This document shows positions 1 to 9,481 of a stretch of 53,568 nucleotides of DNA, in pieces. Numbering within the stretch: position 1 is the stretch's first letter; every line of letters starts with the position of its first letter. The translations under genes were made by a program, and so were the position numbers. The stretch is from NCBI GenBank assembly GCA_034430135.1, contig DAOUFB010000032.1:1-53568 (forward strand). Reading direction: 5' to 3'. The notes below the pieces were generated by a model. That model was not told the origin of the DNA, searched no databases, and saw nothing but the letters and a program-made list of their open reading frames with translations. The DNA is from Flexilinea sp. (lineage in GTDB: Bacteria > Chloroflexota > Anaerolineae > Anaerolineales > Anaerolineaceae).

Positions 1-27
1 ACACAGCGCGGGCAAGGAATCGTTTTC

Positions 28-232
28 TTACCCTCGATATAAGCCCCATTCCAGAATCCGCGCCCAAACGCCATCGCTGAGAAAATTCCGATACTGGCGT
101 CCGGATCGGACACGACGCCGAATGTCGGTCGCGCTGATTTCGAGGAGCGGCGTATCAATCCAGACCAGCTTCGATTCCAACGCTGGAAAACGCGCGAAAA
201 GGCGCCGCGGATTCGAGCGCTGACCCGGGCGC
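28..232 (-). pseudogene. Relic duplicate of the 3' 205 bp of nadD (RPGQRSNPRRLFARFPALESKLVWIDTPLLEISATDIRRRVRSGRQYRNFLSDGVWARILEWGLYRG*)
   Basis: Aligns without gaps to 5517-5721 (offset 5489) with 27 mismatches in 205 nt by hand count; keeps the frame and a TAA stop at 28-30; has no 5' part. Confidence 0.95.
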
Positions 233-310
233 CGCGCCGTTCAGGTCAGCGACGATCACGTCCGCGCCCGCCTGCCCATCCATACGGAACTTATCGAAAA
301 TGGTTGTCAT
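233..310 (-). pseudogene. Remnant 5' end of a short-chain dehydrogenase (SDR) gene with an internal deletion
   Basis: GAGG RBS then MTTIFDKFRMDGQ/AGADVIVADLNG; resembles an SDR N-terminus missing the TGxxxGIG segment; joined directly to the nadD relic. Confidence 0.6.
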
Positions 311-497
311 CTTACGCCTCGATCTTAAAGTTAATATCTGTTTTCTTCCTATTCTATTAGCTCTATGCGAGTTCGGATTCGCCTCAGGCTGGATTCGCGG
401 ACATAAATCATGGCGCAACCTTTACTCATCCCTCATCACTGCCGATATATACATGCCATTTTTTACTATTTATTTATGACTTATATTGCTTTCGCAT

Positions 498-519
498 TGA
501 CATAAATAAGATATTGTCA
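498..519 (+). promoter_or_regulatory. TTGACA hexamer within a TGACA-N11-TGTCA inverted repeat; possible -35 element/operator upstream of the GH2 operon
   Basis: ttgacataaataagatattgtca in an AT-rich intergenic region. Confidence 0.3.
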
Positions 520-719
520 GGCGGTAAATGGTTCCCTTTTTCTTTATTATATCGATAAATTTTCAGATGTACATAACAGGCAGGAAATGATACACTTTAC
601 CGAAAGTATTGCTTTTATGATTTCCTTCCTTACAGATCATAAAAGCCCATCTTATGCCGAAGAACTTGGCTTTCGGGAAGAGCGTTCGGTATAAGAATAT
701 GCACAGAAAGGTGATCCAC

Positions 720-2978
720 ATGAGAAAAATCATCAATATCAACGCAGGCTGGAAATTCATCCGCTCCGATGTCGGATTGCCTGCGGTTTACCCTGCCGAG
801 TGGTCCGATGTAAATCTGCCCCACACATGGAACGCAGTAGACGGCAACGACGGCATGGGCAATTATTACCGGGGCAAATGTTGGTACGCGAAGTCTTTTG
901 CTACACCTGTGCAGCCGCTGGCTGGCGGAAAGGTCTTCGTGGAGGTGCTGGCGGCAAACTCCGAAGCCACCGTTTATGTCAATGGCACAGAAGTGACTTA
1001 CCATGAAGGCGGTTACGCTGCCTTCCGGGCTGACATCACTAAACTGTGCAAGGCTGAGGGCGAGAACCTGCTGGTCATCGCCTGCAATAACGAGGCAAAC
1101 GACTTCGTCTATCCTCAAAACGCCGACTTCACCTTCTACGGCGGACTCTACCGCGGCGTAAACCTGATCTCCGTGCCCAATGCTCACTTTGACCTGGAAT
1201 ATTACGGCGGTCCCGGAATCATGGTCACGCCTAAGCCCGCCGATTGCGGCGGCGCTGCCTTTGAGCTCGAAGCATTCGTGAAAAACGCCGACGAGAATTT
1301 CACCGTTCAATACACCATCCTGGACGAGGAGGGTCTGGAGGTCGCCTACGTTTCCCGTCCCGCTTCCGCTCCCAAGGTCACCGTATTCCTGCCCGATGCG
1401 CATCTCTGGGACTTTGAAAATCCCTACCTGTACACCGTGACGGCTGAACTGGTAAGAAGAAACGAAGTCTATGACGAAATCGAGACCCGTGCAGGCGTCC
1501 GCTCCTTCTCGGTCGATCCTCAGAAAGGCTTTTTCCTCAACGGTGTACTGACCCCTCTGCGCGGCGTAGCCCGCCATCAGGACAGAATGTATATCGGCAA
1601 TGCGCTGGAGGCAGAGGATCATTATGAAGATGCCTATATCATCAAGGAACTCGGCGCTAACACGGTCCGACTGGCTCACTACCAGCATAACCAGTATTTC
1701 TATGATGCCTGCGACGAGCTGGGCTTCGCCGTCTGGGCTGAGATCCCCTTCATCTCCGTGATGAGCAAGAACCCCGCTGCCCATGAAAACTGCCGGCAGC
1801 AGATGAAAGAGCTGATCGCCCAGAACTACAACCACCCCTCTGTCATGTTCTGGGGTCTTTCCAATGAGATTCTCATCGGCGGTATCTCCGAGCAGGTAGT
1901 AGATAATCACAAGGAGCTGAATGCACTGGTCAAGGAAATGGACCCCACCCGCCCGACCGTTATCGCTCATGTTTCCTTCACCCCCGTCGAGGGTCCCATG
2001 CACTATATTACCGATCTGGAAAGCTACAACCATTATTTCGGCTGGTACGGCGGCAAGATGGAGCAGAACGGTCCATGGATGGACGACTTCCATCGTGTCC
2101 ACCCCAACATTTCCATCGGCGTCTCCGAATACGGATGCGAAGGGATTATAACCTACCACGGTCCCAATCCCAAGGTCAGGGACTATTCCGAAGACTATCA
2201 GGCGCTGTACCACGAGCATATGTGCAAAGTCTTTGAGGAGCGTCCCTGGATCTGGGCTACCCACGTGTGGAATATGTTCGACTTCGGTTGCGCTGCCCGT
2301 AATGAAGGCGGCGTTGCGGGGCGGAACAACAAGGGGCTGGTCAGCATGGATCGCAAAATCAAGAAGGATGCCTACTACATCTGCAAGTCATACTGGAATC
2401 CCGAGCCAATGGTTCATTTGTGTGGCAAGCGCTATGCGCAGCGCTCCGGCGACGTAAGAGAAATCAAGGTCTACACCAACCAGCCTTCCGTCACCCTGTA
2501 CCACAACGGCAAAGTTTTCGCTCAGATGGAAAATATCGACCACATTTGCCGCTTTGACGTACCTCTTTCCGAAGGTTTCAACCAGTTTACAGCCGTTGCG
2601 GGCACGGTCAAAGACACCATGACTATCGAGAAGGTGACTTCCGAGCCTGAAGTCTATACGCTCGCCGCGGGAGGCGGCGGCGCTGTCAACTGGTTCATCG
2701 CCATGGGGGATGTAGAACTGGACGACGCTCCCATGGAATTCCCCAAGGGGAAGCTGAGCGTCAAATCTTCATTGGAACAGTTGCACAAAAATCCCGAAGC
2801 CTGGGCTATTGTAGATAAATTGATGGGCGGCAAGCTGAACCCTGATATGCCCATGTGGAACATGATCTGCAACATCAACTTTGAAATGCTGATCGCCATG
2901 AATGGCGGCGATGAGGAGGGAAAAGCCGTCTTGAAATCAGTGAACAAACAATTAATTGAATTTGATGAAGTCGAATAA
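720..2978 (+). CDS. Glycoside hydrolase family 2 (beta-galactosidase/beta-glucuronidase-like)
   Basis: LPHTWN, YGGLYRGV, GFFLNG, RLAHY, NHPSVMFWGLSNE (acid/base) and SEYG (nucleophile) motifs; ATG at 720 after AGAAAGGTG. Confidence 0.93.
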   Translation: MRKIININAGWKFIRSDVGLPAVYPAEWSDVNLPHTWNAVDGNDGMGNYYRGKCWYAKSFATPVQPLAGGKVFVEVLAANSEATVYVNGTEVTYHEGGYAAFRADITKLCKAEGENLLVIACNNEANDFVYPQNADFTFYGGLYRGVNLISVPNAHFDLEYYGGPGIMVTPKPADCGGAAFELEAFVKNADENFTVQYTILDEEGLEVAYVSRPASAPKVTVFLPDAHLWDFENPYLYTVTAELVRRNEVYDEIETRAGVRSFSVDPQKGFFLNGVLTPLRGVARHQDRMYIGNALEAEDHYEDAYIIKELGANTVRLAHYQHNQYFYDACDELGFAVWAEIPFISVMSKNPAAHENCRQQMKELIAQNYNHPSVMFWGLSNEILIGGISEQVVDNHKELNALVKEMDPTRPTVIAHVSFTPVEGPMHYITDLESYNHYFGWYGGKMEQNGPWMDDFHRVHPNISIGVSEYGCEGIITYHGPNPKVRDYSEDYQALYHEHMCKVFEERPWIWATHVWNMFDFGCAARNEGGVAGRNNKGLVSMDRKIKKDAYYICKSYWNPEPMVHLCGKRYAQRSGDVREIKVYTNQPSVTLYHNGKVFAQMENIDHICRFDVPLSEGFNQFTAVAGTVKDTMTIEKVTSEPEVYTLAAGGGGAVNWFIAMGDVELDDAPMEFPKGKLSVKSSLEQLHKNPEAWAIVDKLMGGKLNPDMPMWNMICNINFEMLIAMNGGDEEGKAVLKSVNKQLIEFDEVE

Positions 2979-3083
2979 TCAAGAATAGCCGCACCATGGA
3001 TTGGAAGATTTTAAGTTTTGGAAAACCGCAGGTATGAAAAACGGGTGCCGCCGTACACCCGTAAAAACAAAGGAGAAAACCCC

Positions 3084-4535
3084 ATGAAAAAAGATGTCCA
3101 GTTAGACGAAAATGGTCAACCCAAGTTTGGCTTGATCGATAAGGTCGCCTATGCTGCCGGCGACCTCGGCTGCAACATGAGTTTCGGTCTGAAAGGCACG
3201 GTCCAGACCTTCTGGCTGACTTACATGACGCTGGAGACTGGTCTTCTATCCATCCTGCTTCTACTGGTGCAGATATGGGATGCAGTCAATGATCCCATCA
3301 TCGGCGCCGTGATCGACGCTGACAAAAGGAGATATAAACGCGGCAAGTTCAAAACCTACATTTTGATCGGAGCCATTGGGCTGATCTTCGGCGGCGCTGC
3401 CGTGTTCCTGCCCTTCCCCAATGCGTCCACATTCGTCAAGGCAATGCTCTTCATCGTAGGGTACGTGATCTGGGATGCTGCCTACACCGTGGCGAATGTT
3501 CCCTATGGGGCGATGTTGTCTCTGATCACCAAGGACGCAGGTGAGCGCGCGCAGCTGTCCACCTGGCGCTCTATCGGCAGTTTGATCGGCAGTCTGCTGC
3601 CAAATACCATTTTGCCCATGCTGATCTGGAAGAATGTCTATGACGGGGATGGTCAGCTTCTGGGTCAGGAGCTGAAGGGCACGTCCGTGTTCATCGCGGC
3701 TTTGATCATGGGCGTTATAGCGTTCTTCGCCTTCCTGTTTATGCTCAGGAATACCACCCTTCGTGTTGACGAATACTCTGTTAAAACCGGTGAGGACACG
3801 CCTAATTTCAACATTTTCACTGCCTTTGGCAACTTTATGAAGAACCGTCCTGCCGTGGGCGCTACCATTGCTGCAATGGGTCTGTTCCTGGGCATACAGT
3901 CCGCAGCTACTGCCACCGCCATTATGTTCGCAACCTATTTCAAGAACGCACAGCTTTCCGGTATTGTGATGTTGATCGGTTTTCTCCCCATGTTCCTGTT
4001 CATGCCATTTGTCAAGAAGATAGTAAACCGTTTCGGCAAGAAGGAATCCGCTACCGCAGGCTCTCTCGTATGCGTTGCAGGCGGTCTGGTCATGCTGGCG
4101 TTCCCCATGGTGCCTCAGAGCAGCGCATTACCTGTCTATATGACAGGTGCGCTGTTGTTTGGACTGGGGCTGGGCGTTTACACCTGTGTAAACTGGGCGC
4201 TGGTGGCGGACGCGATCGATTACAGCGAGTGGAAGACCAATAAGCGTGAGGAAGGCATGGTTTATTCCCTGCACTCCTTCTTCCGCAAGCTGGCGCAGGG
4301 TGTCGGACCTTCTATCGTTATCGCACTGCTGGGCGCGCTGGGTTATGTTTCGGAACTGGGAACCACCGGTCAATCCGCTGAAGTGGCGCATCGAGCCTGC
4401 TGGCTGGTCGCCGGTCTGTACCTGTTCTCCGGTATCATGCAGTTTGTCGGCATAGGCGTAATCTTCAATCTGGACAGGAAAACGCTGTCCGAGATGAATG
4501 ACGATCTGAACGCACGCAGAGCCAAAGCCGAGTAA
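3084..4535 (+). CDS. MFS glycoside-pentoside-hexuronide:cation symporter (MelB/UidB family)
   Basis: WDAVNDPIIG, NVPYGAMLSLIT..ER and ADAIDY.EWK..REEG..YS motifs; about 12 hydrophobic segments; AAGGAG RBS. Confidence 0.92.
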   Translation: MKKDVQLDENGQPKFGLIDKVAYAAGDLGCNMSFGLKGTVQTFWLTYMTLETGLLSILLLLVQIWDAVNDPIIGAVIDADKRRYKRGKFKTYILIGAIGLIFGGAAVFLPFPNASTFVKAMLFIVGYVIWDAAYTVANVPYGAMLSLITKDAGERAQLSTWRSIGSLIGSLLPNTILPMLIWKNVYDGDGQLLGQELKGTSVFIAALIMGVIAFFAFLFMLRNTTLRVDEYSVKTGEDTPNFNIFTAFGNFMKNRPAVGATIAAMGLFLGIQSAATATAIMFATYFKNAQLSGIVMLIGFLPMFLFMPFVKKIVNRFGKKESATAGSLVCVAGGLVMLAFPMVPQSSALPVYMTGALLFGLGLGVYTCVNWALVADAIDYSEWKTNKREEGMVYSLHSFFRKLAQGVGPSIVIALLGALGYVSELGTTGQSAEVAHRACWLVAGLYLFSGIMQFVGIGVIFNLDRKTLSEMNDDLNARRAKAE

Positions 4536-4542
4536 AATCCTG

Positions 4543-4583
4543 AAAAAACCGCCTCCGGTGAAATGATCGGAGGCGGTTTTTTT
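4543..4583 (+). terminator. Intrinsic terminator after the MFS gene
   Basis: aaaaaaccgcctccg...cggaggcggttttttt hairpin with U-tract. Confidence 0.9.
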
Positions 4584-4615
4584 AATGTAGAATCCAATAG
4601 GGGAGAGCTTATATA

Positions 4616-5494
4616 ATGAAACTATTGATATACGGCGCCGGCGTAATCGGCAGTTTATATGCCGCTTTATTCAGTGAAGCGGGATACGATACGACCGTTT
4701 ATGCCAGAGGACAAAGATTTACAAGTTTAAAAAAAGACGGCTTACTGTACGAAAAGAACGGGAAAATATTTAAAGCGAAAATTCGAGCCATTGACCGATT
4801 AGAAGCCAAGGAACTATACGACTTCATATTCCTAACCGTCAAAGAAAATCAGGTGCATGCGGCGTTAGAGGAACTAAGATCGAATCATAGTCCAAATATC
4901 GTTACAATGGTCAATACGCTTGAGCGGTATGACCGCTGGGAGAAAATTTGTGGTGAAAATCGTATCATTCCCGCATTTCCAGGCGGAGGCGGAAGTATTG
5001 AAGACAATATCCTGAAAGCGGATCTTACGCCCAGAATTATTCAGCTCACAACGTTTGCGGAAATAAACGGGGAAAAAACCGAACGCATTAAAACTTTAGC
5101 AGCGATTTTCAGAAAATCCAAAATCCCCTGTCAAATCGTAAAAGATATGCAGCCGTGGCAAATATGTCATCTCGCGATGGTCGTGCCAATCGCGGACGCA
5201 TACTATCAGGCAAAGAACCCGGAAACCGTGTGGAGCGAAAACAACGTCATGACGGGAACCGCAAAGCAGCTGAAGCGTAATTTTGACAAGCTATGGAGCA
5301 GGGGAATCGCTATTACACCTGGAAAATTGCATATTTTCCGTATCTTGCCCGCCTGTTTATTGTCATTTGCGCTCAAAATCGTATTTAAAAGCCGATTTGG
5401 AATGTTGTTCATGTATCAACATTCAATGAAAGCCGCAGATGAAATGAACCGATTACACGATCAATTATATAATTATCTCAACAATCTGGATTAA
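4616..5494 (+). CDS. Ketopantoate reductase (PanE/ApbA) family protein
   Basis: MKLLIYGAGVIGS Rossmann motif, YDFIFLTVK; AT-rich coding sequence. Confidence 0.8.
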   Translation: MKLLIYGAGVIGSLYAALFSEAGYDTTVYARGQRFTSLKKDGLLYEKNGKIFKAKIRAIDRLEAKELYDFIFLTVKENQVHAALEELRSNHSPNIVTMVNTLERYDRWEKICGENRIIPAFPGGGGSIEDNILKADLTPRIIQLTTFAEINGEKTERIKTLAAIFRKSKIPCQIVKDMQPWQICHLAMVVPIADAYYQAKNPETVWSENNVMTGTAKQLKRNFDKLWSRGIAITPGKLHIFRILPACLLSFALKIVFKSRFGMLFMYQHSMKAADEMNRLHDQLYNYLNNLD

Positions 5495-5516
5495 CATTGA
5501 AGGGTCAAACGGCGCC

Positions 5517-6119
5517 CTATTCCTGATATAAGCCCCATTCCCGAATCCGTTCCCAAACGCCGTCACTGAGAAAATGCCGATACTGGCGTCCGGATCGAAC
5601 ACGACGCCGAATGTCGGTCGCGCTGATTTCGAGGAGCGGTGTATCAATCCAAACTAACTTCGATTCCAGCGAAGGAAAACGAGCGAAAAGGTGCTGCGGG
5701 TCCGAGCGCTGTCCTGGACGCGCCATAACGCCCAGCCCGTCAATTAGCGAGATCATGCGATCCGGTTCGTGCCACGAATATAAATCGTTCAGTGAATCCT
5801 GACCAATCAGGAAAAACAGTTCGTCGTCGGGATAGAGCCGCCGCAATATATCGAAGGTATCCGACGTATAGTGAGGACCCGGACGTTCGTTTTCGACGAC
5901 CGAAACCGCGAAAAGCGGTTCACCCTGAATCGCCCACCCGACCATCTCAACGCGCCGCTCAAAATCGGTAACGTGCTTCGTCATCTTATGCGGCGGGACC
6001 GGAGCAACCATCCAGAACACCGTATCGAGCCCCAGCTGATCCGCCGCTTCCGCCGCTAAAATCATATGACCCAAATGGGGCGGATCGAATGTACCGCCAA
6101 AAACGCCTAACTTCGCCAT
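5517..6119 (-). CDS. nadD: Nicotinate-nucleotide adenylyltransferase
   Basis: GGTFDPPHLGH (HxGH), PPHK, IGQDSL, ISATDIR. Confidence 0.96.
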   Translation of the reverse strand: MAKLGVFGGTFDPPHLGHMILAAEAADQLGLDTVFWMVAPVPPHKMTKHVTDFERRVEMVGWAIQGEPLFAVSVVENERPGPHYTSDTFDILRRLYPDDELFFLIGQDSLNDLYSWHEPDRMISLIDGLGVMARPGQRSDPQHLFARFPSLESKLVWIDTPLLEISATDIRRRVRSGRQYRHFLSDGVWERIREWGLYQE

Positions 6120-6122
6120 AGG

Positions 6123-7388
6123 CTAATCAAACCACTCAAATTCAAACTCATCCCCGATCATGACGGTATCGCCATTTTCAGCACCTGCCTTGCGGAGCGC
6201 ATCTTCGATGCCAAGTGTTTCCAATAGCTTCTGGAAACGGCGGACCGAACCAACCTGATCCCAGTACGTCATCTTCGCAGCCCGTTCGATTGAAACGCCG
6301 CGAACGACCCAATCCCCGTCCATGTCATGAGAAATTTCAAATTTCCGCGGATCTTCCTTCGGAACGTAAAGCGGTAAGACTTCCAAAGCGACTTCTTCCG
6401 GAACCGTCTTCAACAGCTCAAACAGCTTCCATAACGTCGAACACACGTTCTCGCCCGTCGCCGCGGAAATCGCGACCGCTTCATATCCGCGCTGCTTGAT
6501 CTCAGCCTCAAGCGTCGCCCAACGTTCGCGCGCCTCGGGTAAGTCCATTTTATTCACCGCGACCAGCATCGGCTTTTCTTTCAGCCGTGCGTCAAAAAGC
6601 GCCATTTCCTGATTAATCTGGTCGAAGTCCGAGATCGGATCTTCCGCCGTCCCGTCGATAAGATGAAGAAGAACTTTGGTCCGCTGAATATGGCGCAAAA
6701 AAGAATCGCCCAACCCAACGCCCATGTGCGCCCCCTCCAAAAGACCGGGGACGTCCGAAAGAACGAGCGTCGTATCCAAATCCAATTCGGCAACGCCTAA
6801 ATTCGGCTCAACCGTCGTAAACGGATAATTCGCAATTTTCGGCTTCGCATTCGTAACCGACGCTAAGAAAGACGACTTTCCCGCGTTCGGAACGCCGACA
6901 ATCCCGACATCCGCAACCAGTTTTAACTCCAACTTCAAGCGCCGTTCCGTACAAGGCGCGCCTTTTTCGCCGGTTCGCGGAACCTGATGTGCGGAAGAAA
7001 CGAAATGCGTGTTGCCACGTCCGCCGCGTCCGCCCTTCGCGACGATTAATTCATTTCCATCCTGAACAAGATCGCCTAACAGCTCGTTCGTCGCCGCGTC
7101 GCGGACGATCGTCCCAGCCGGTACGAGAAGAATCTTATTCTCCGCCGTCTTGCCCGTCATGTTGTTAATCCCGCCATTTCCGCCGTCGTCCGCAATATAG
7201 CGCCGAACATGCCGATACTGCCCGAGCGTATTCAGGCGGGAATCGACGCGCAGGATGACATCTCCGCCATGACCGCCGTCGCCGCCGTCAGGACCCCCGC
7301 GCGCGACGAATTTCTCCCGATGAAAATGTACCATGCCGTCGCCGCCCTTCCCAGAGCGAACGGTTATTTCAGCTTCATCAACAAACAT
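6123..7388 (-). CDS. obgE: GTPase ObgE/CgtA
   Basis: Gly-rich Obg domain (GGPDGGDGG), GVPNAGKS, YPFTT, DVPG, NKMD, C-terminal OCT domain. Confidence 0.98.
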   Translation of the reverse strand: MFVDEAEITVRSGKGGDGMVHFHREKFVARGGPDGGDGGHGGDVILRVDSRLNTLGQYRHVRRYIADDGGNGGINNMTGKTAENKILLVPAGTIVRDAATNELLGDLVQDGNELIVAKGGRGGRGNTHFVSSAHQVPRTGEKGAPCTERRLKLELKLVADVGIVGVPNAGKSSFLASVTNAKPKIANYPFTTVEPNLGVAELDLDTTLVLSDVPGLLEGAHMGVGLGDSFLRHIQRTKVLLHLIDGTAEDPISDFDQINQEMALFDARLKEKPMLVAVNKMDLPEARERWATLEAEIKQRGYEAVAISAATGENVCSTLWKLFELLKTVPEEVALEVLPLYVPKEDPRKFEISHDMDGDWVVRGVSIERAAKMTYWDQVGSVRRFQKLLETLGIEDALRKAGAENGDTVMIGDEFEFEWFD

Positions 7389-7398
7389 CTTTAATCAC

Positions 7399-8025
7399 TT
7401 ACCCTTCCGACATCGTCCCGCGTTCAACGTCTTCAAAATTATCTTCATCCGCCGCGCTGAGCATCATGCCCTTCCGCGCAAAAAACATCACGAGCGTTGA
7501 TCCGTACTTCCGCTCATCAAAACACTCGAAATTTTCCAACTCTAAATCTTCCCGCTCGATCGGGTGAATCTGGACGAGAATCCAACCGTCATCGCTCAGC
7601 CATGCGTCGTTATCATCGATAATACGAATCGCCTTTTGCCACATTTGCTTGTACTGCGGCGGGGCAATATAGATATATTCAAACGAACGATCCGGAACTG
7701 AACGAAGATAGTGAAACGCATCCGCGCCAATCACGCGCGATTTCTTTTCCATTCCGGTCAGCTTGACATTCGATTGGAGCGTTGAAAGCGCCGCGCGGTT
7801 CGCTTCGCAGAAACGGATTACCGACGCACCGCGGCTTCCCGCTTCCAGCCCAATTGAGCCCGTTCCGCCGAAAACGTCAAAAAAGGCGGCGCCTTGGACG
7901 TCGCTTCCGAGAATATTGAAAACCGCTTCTTTGACCCGATCCGTTACCGGACGTGTACTGTCGCCCGGAACGGATTTCAGGATTTTACCTTTGACGGCTC
8001 CGCCGATAATCCGTGGATTACTCAT
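7399..8025 (-). CDS. rsmD: 16S rRNA (guanine(966)-N2)-methyltransferase
   Basis: RIIGG..KG, TRPVTDRVKEAVFNIL, GTGSIGLE; DPPY motif reads APPQY; KYG near C-terminus. Confidence 0.88.
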   Translation of the reverse strand: MSNPRIIGGAVKGKILKSVPGDSTRPVTDRVKEAVFNILGSDVQGAAFFDVFGGTGSIGLEAGSRGASVIRFCEANRAALSTLQSNVKLTGMEKKSRVIGADAFHYLRSVPDRSFEYIYIAPPQYKQMWQKAIRIIDDNDAWLSDDGWILVQIHPIEREDLELENFECFDERKYGSTLVMFFARKGMMLSAADEDNFEDVERGTMSEG

Positions 8026-8034
8026 GAGCCGCGC

Positions 8035-8496
8035 TTATTTAACGTCGTTATACGTCCAGAACCGATTCGCGAGGAAGTTCCAGATTAGGACGATGACGAT
8101 AGAGATCACGAGCGTGACGTTATGACCGACCGTTTCCGCGCTCATCGGGAAACCTTCCGAAACGATCCGACCTGCGGCAGCTAAAATCGGGGTTTCAATC
8201 GTCAGGAAGAGAAGATAACGAATCACCAGTCCGACTAAGCTGACCAGAACGAACTGAATCAGTTTCGTCGAAAGCTTCTTCTTCCGTGAATCGGGATAAG
8301 CCCAAAAATGGTTCCAGATAAAGTTCGAAAGCACGGCGGCGATAAAAGAAATCGTGCTCGCGGCGCGCGAATTCATTCCAAAAAGGCGCAAACAAAGATT
8401 CATCACGCCAAAATCAACGACCGCGCCTAAGACCCCCACGGTGCAGAACTTCAAAAAACGTGTCCGTTCAACCGGATTCTTTAAAAAGCTAACCAT
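8035..8496 (-). CDS. GtrA-family polyprenyl-phosphate-sugar flippase
   Basis: RFLKFCTVG..VDF, SNFIWNHFW, WNFLANRFWTY; four TM segments. Confidence 0.9.
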   Translation of the reverse strand: MVSFLKNPVERTRFLKFCTVGVLGAVVDFGVMNLCLRLFGMNSRAASTISFIAAVLSNFIWNHFWAYPDSRKKKLSTKLIQFVLVSLVGLVIRYLLFLTIETPILAAAGRIVSEGFPMSAETVGHNVTLVISIVIVLIWNFLANRFWTYNDVK

Positions 8497-8497
8497 G

Positions 8498-9451
8498 TTA
8501 CTTCATCGCTTCTTCAAAATAGGGTATCGTCTTGAGCAGTCCCTCGCGCAACGGAACTTTCGGCTCCCAGTTCAGGAGCGTCCGCGCCCGCGTAATGTCC
8601 GGACGGCGGTTCTGCGGATCACCGCTCACGCGCAGATCAGGCTTAAAAATAATTCCCGCCGGATTCCCGGTCAGCGCGTTTATCTCTTCCGCTAACTCAA
8701 TCATCGTATTTTCAACCGGGTTGCCGATATTGACCGGGTCATGCTCATTCGAGTTCAGGAGACGGATAAACCCATCGATCGTATCCGACACGTAGCAGAA
8801 CGAACGCGTCTGCAAACCGTCGCCGTAAACGGTAAGCGGTTCTTTTCGCAGTGCCTGCTGAATGAAATTCGGAACGACGCGCCCGTCGTCGAGCCTCATT
8901 CGTTCACCATAGGTATTGAAAATACGGACGATCCGCGTATCGAGACCATGGTACCGATGATAAGCCATCGTCAGCGCCTCGGAAAATCGTTTCGCCTCAT
9001 CGTAGACCGAACGAATCCCAACCGGATTGACGTTCCCATTATAGTCTTCCGTCTGTGGGTGGACGACGGGCTTCCCATAAATTTCCGACGTCGACGCCAT
9101 GAAGAAGCGCGCGTTATTTGCTTTCGCAACGCCGAGCGCGTTATGCGTCCCGATCGACCCGACCTTCATCGTCTGGATCGGCAGGTTCGTGTACCCGAAC
9201 GGCGAAAGCGGATTCGGGCTCGCCGGCGATGCCAAATGCATCACCGCGTCCAGCTTTCCCGGGACGAAAATATAATTTGAAACATCGTGGCGGATAAACG
9301 AAAACTTTTCTTCCGCGGCTAAATGTGCGAGATTCGCTGGATTTCCCGTGATAAAGTTATCCATCCCAACGACCTCATGACCCTCCCGGATGAGTCGGTC
9401 ACAGAGATGTGAGCCCAAAAATCCCGCTGCTCCGGTGACTAAAATTCGCAT
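8498..9451 (-). CDS. UDP-glucuronate decarboxylase (UXS)-family extended SDR
   Basis: [56 protein letters not shown]. Confidence 0.9.
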   Translation of the reverse strand: MRILVTGAAGFLGSHLCDRLIREGHEVVGMDNFITGNPANLAHLAAEEKFSFIRHDVSNYIFVPGKLDAVMHLASPASPNPLSPFGYTNLPIQTMKVGSIGTHNALGVAKANNARFFMASTSEIYGKPVVHPQTEDYNGNVNPVGIRSVYDEAKRFSEALTMAYHRYHGLDTRIVRIFNTYGERMRLDDGRVVPNFIQQALRKEPLTVYGDGLQTRSFCYVSDTIDGFIRLLNSNEHDPVNIGNPVENTMIELAEEINALTGNPAGIIFKPDLRVSGDPQNRRPDITRARTLLNWEPKVPLREGLLKTIPYFEEAMK

Positions 9452-9481
9452 GATCTTCCTCCGACGCTCCAAAAAAGAACG

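Larger units (their letters stand above)
233..5516. mobile_element. Putative horizontally acquired island (GH2, MFS, ketopantoate reductase-like) bounded by nadD 3'-end direct repeats
   Basis: Flanking diverged direct repeats; codon style differs by eye from flanking genes; no integrase or transposase inside. Confidence 0.65.

Noticed and set aside
155..418. 87-aa ORF at the left end
   Set aside because: A chimera of intergenic DNA, the SDR remnant and out-of-frame nadD relic, not a coherent gene.
630..2264. 544-aa antisense ORF over the GH2 gene, and similar shadow ORFs such as 16519-17439 and 12230-13063
   Set aside because: Antisense shadows of well-supported genes, explained by codon bias; no recognisable motifs.
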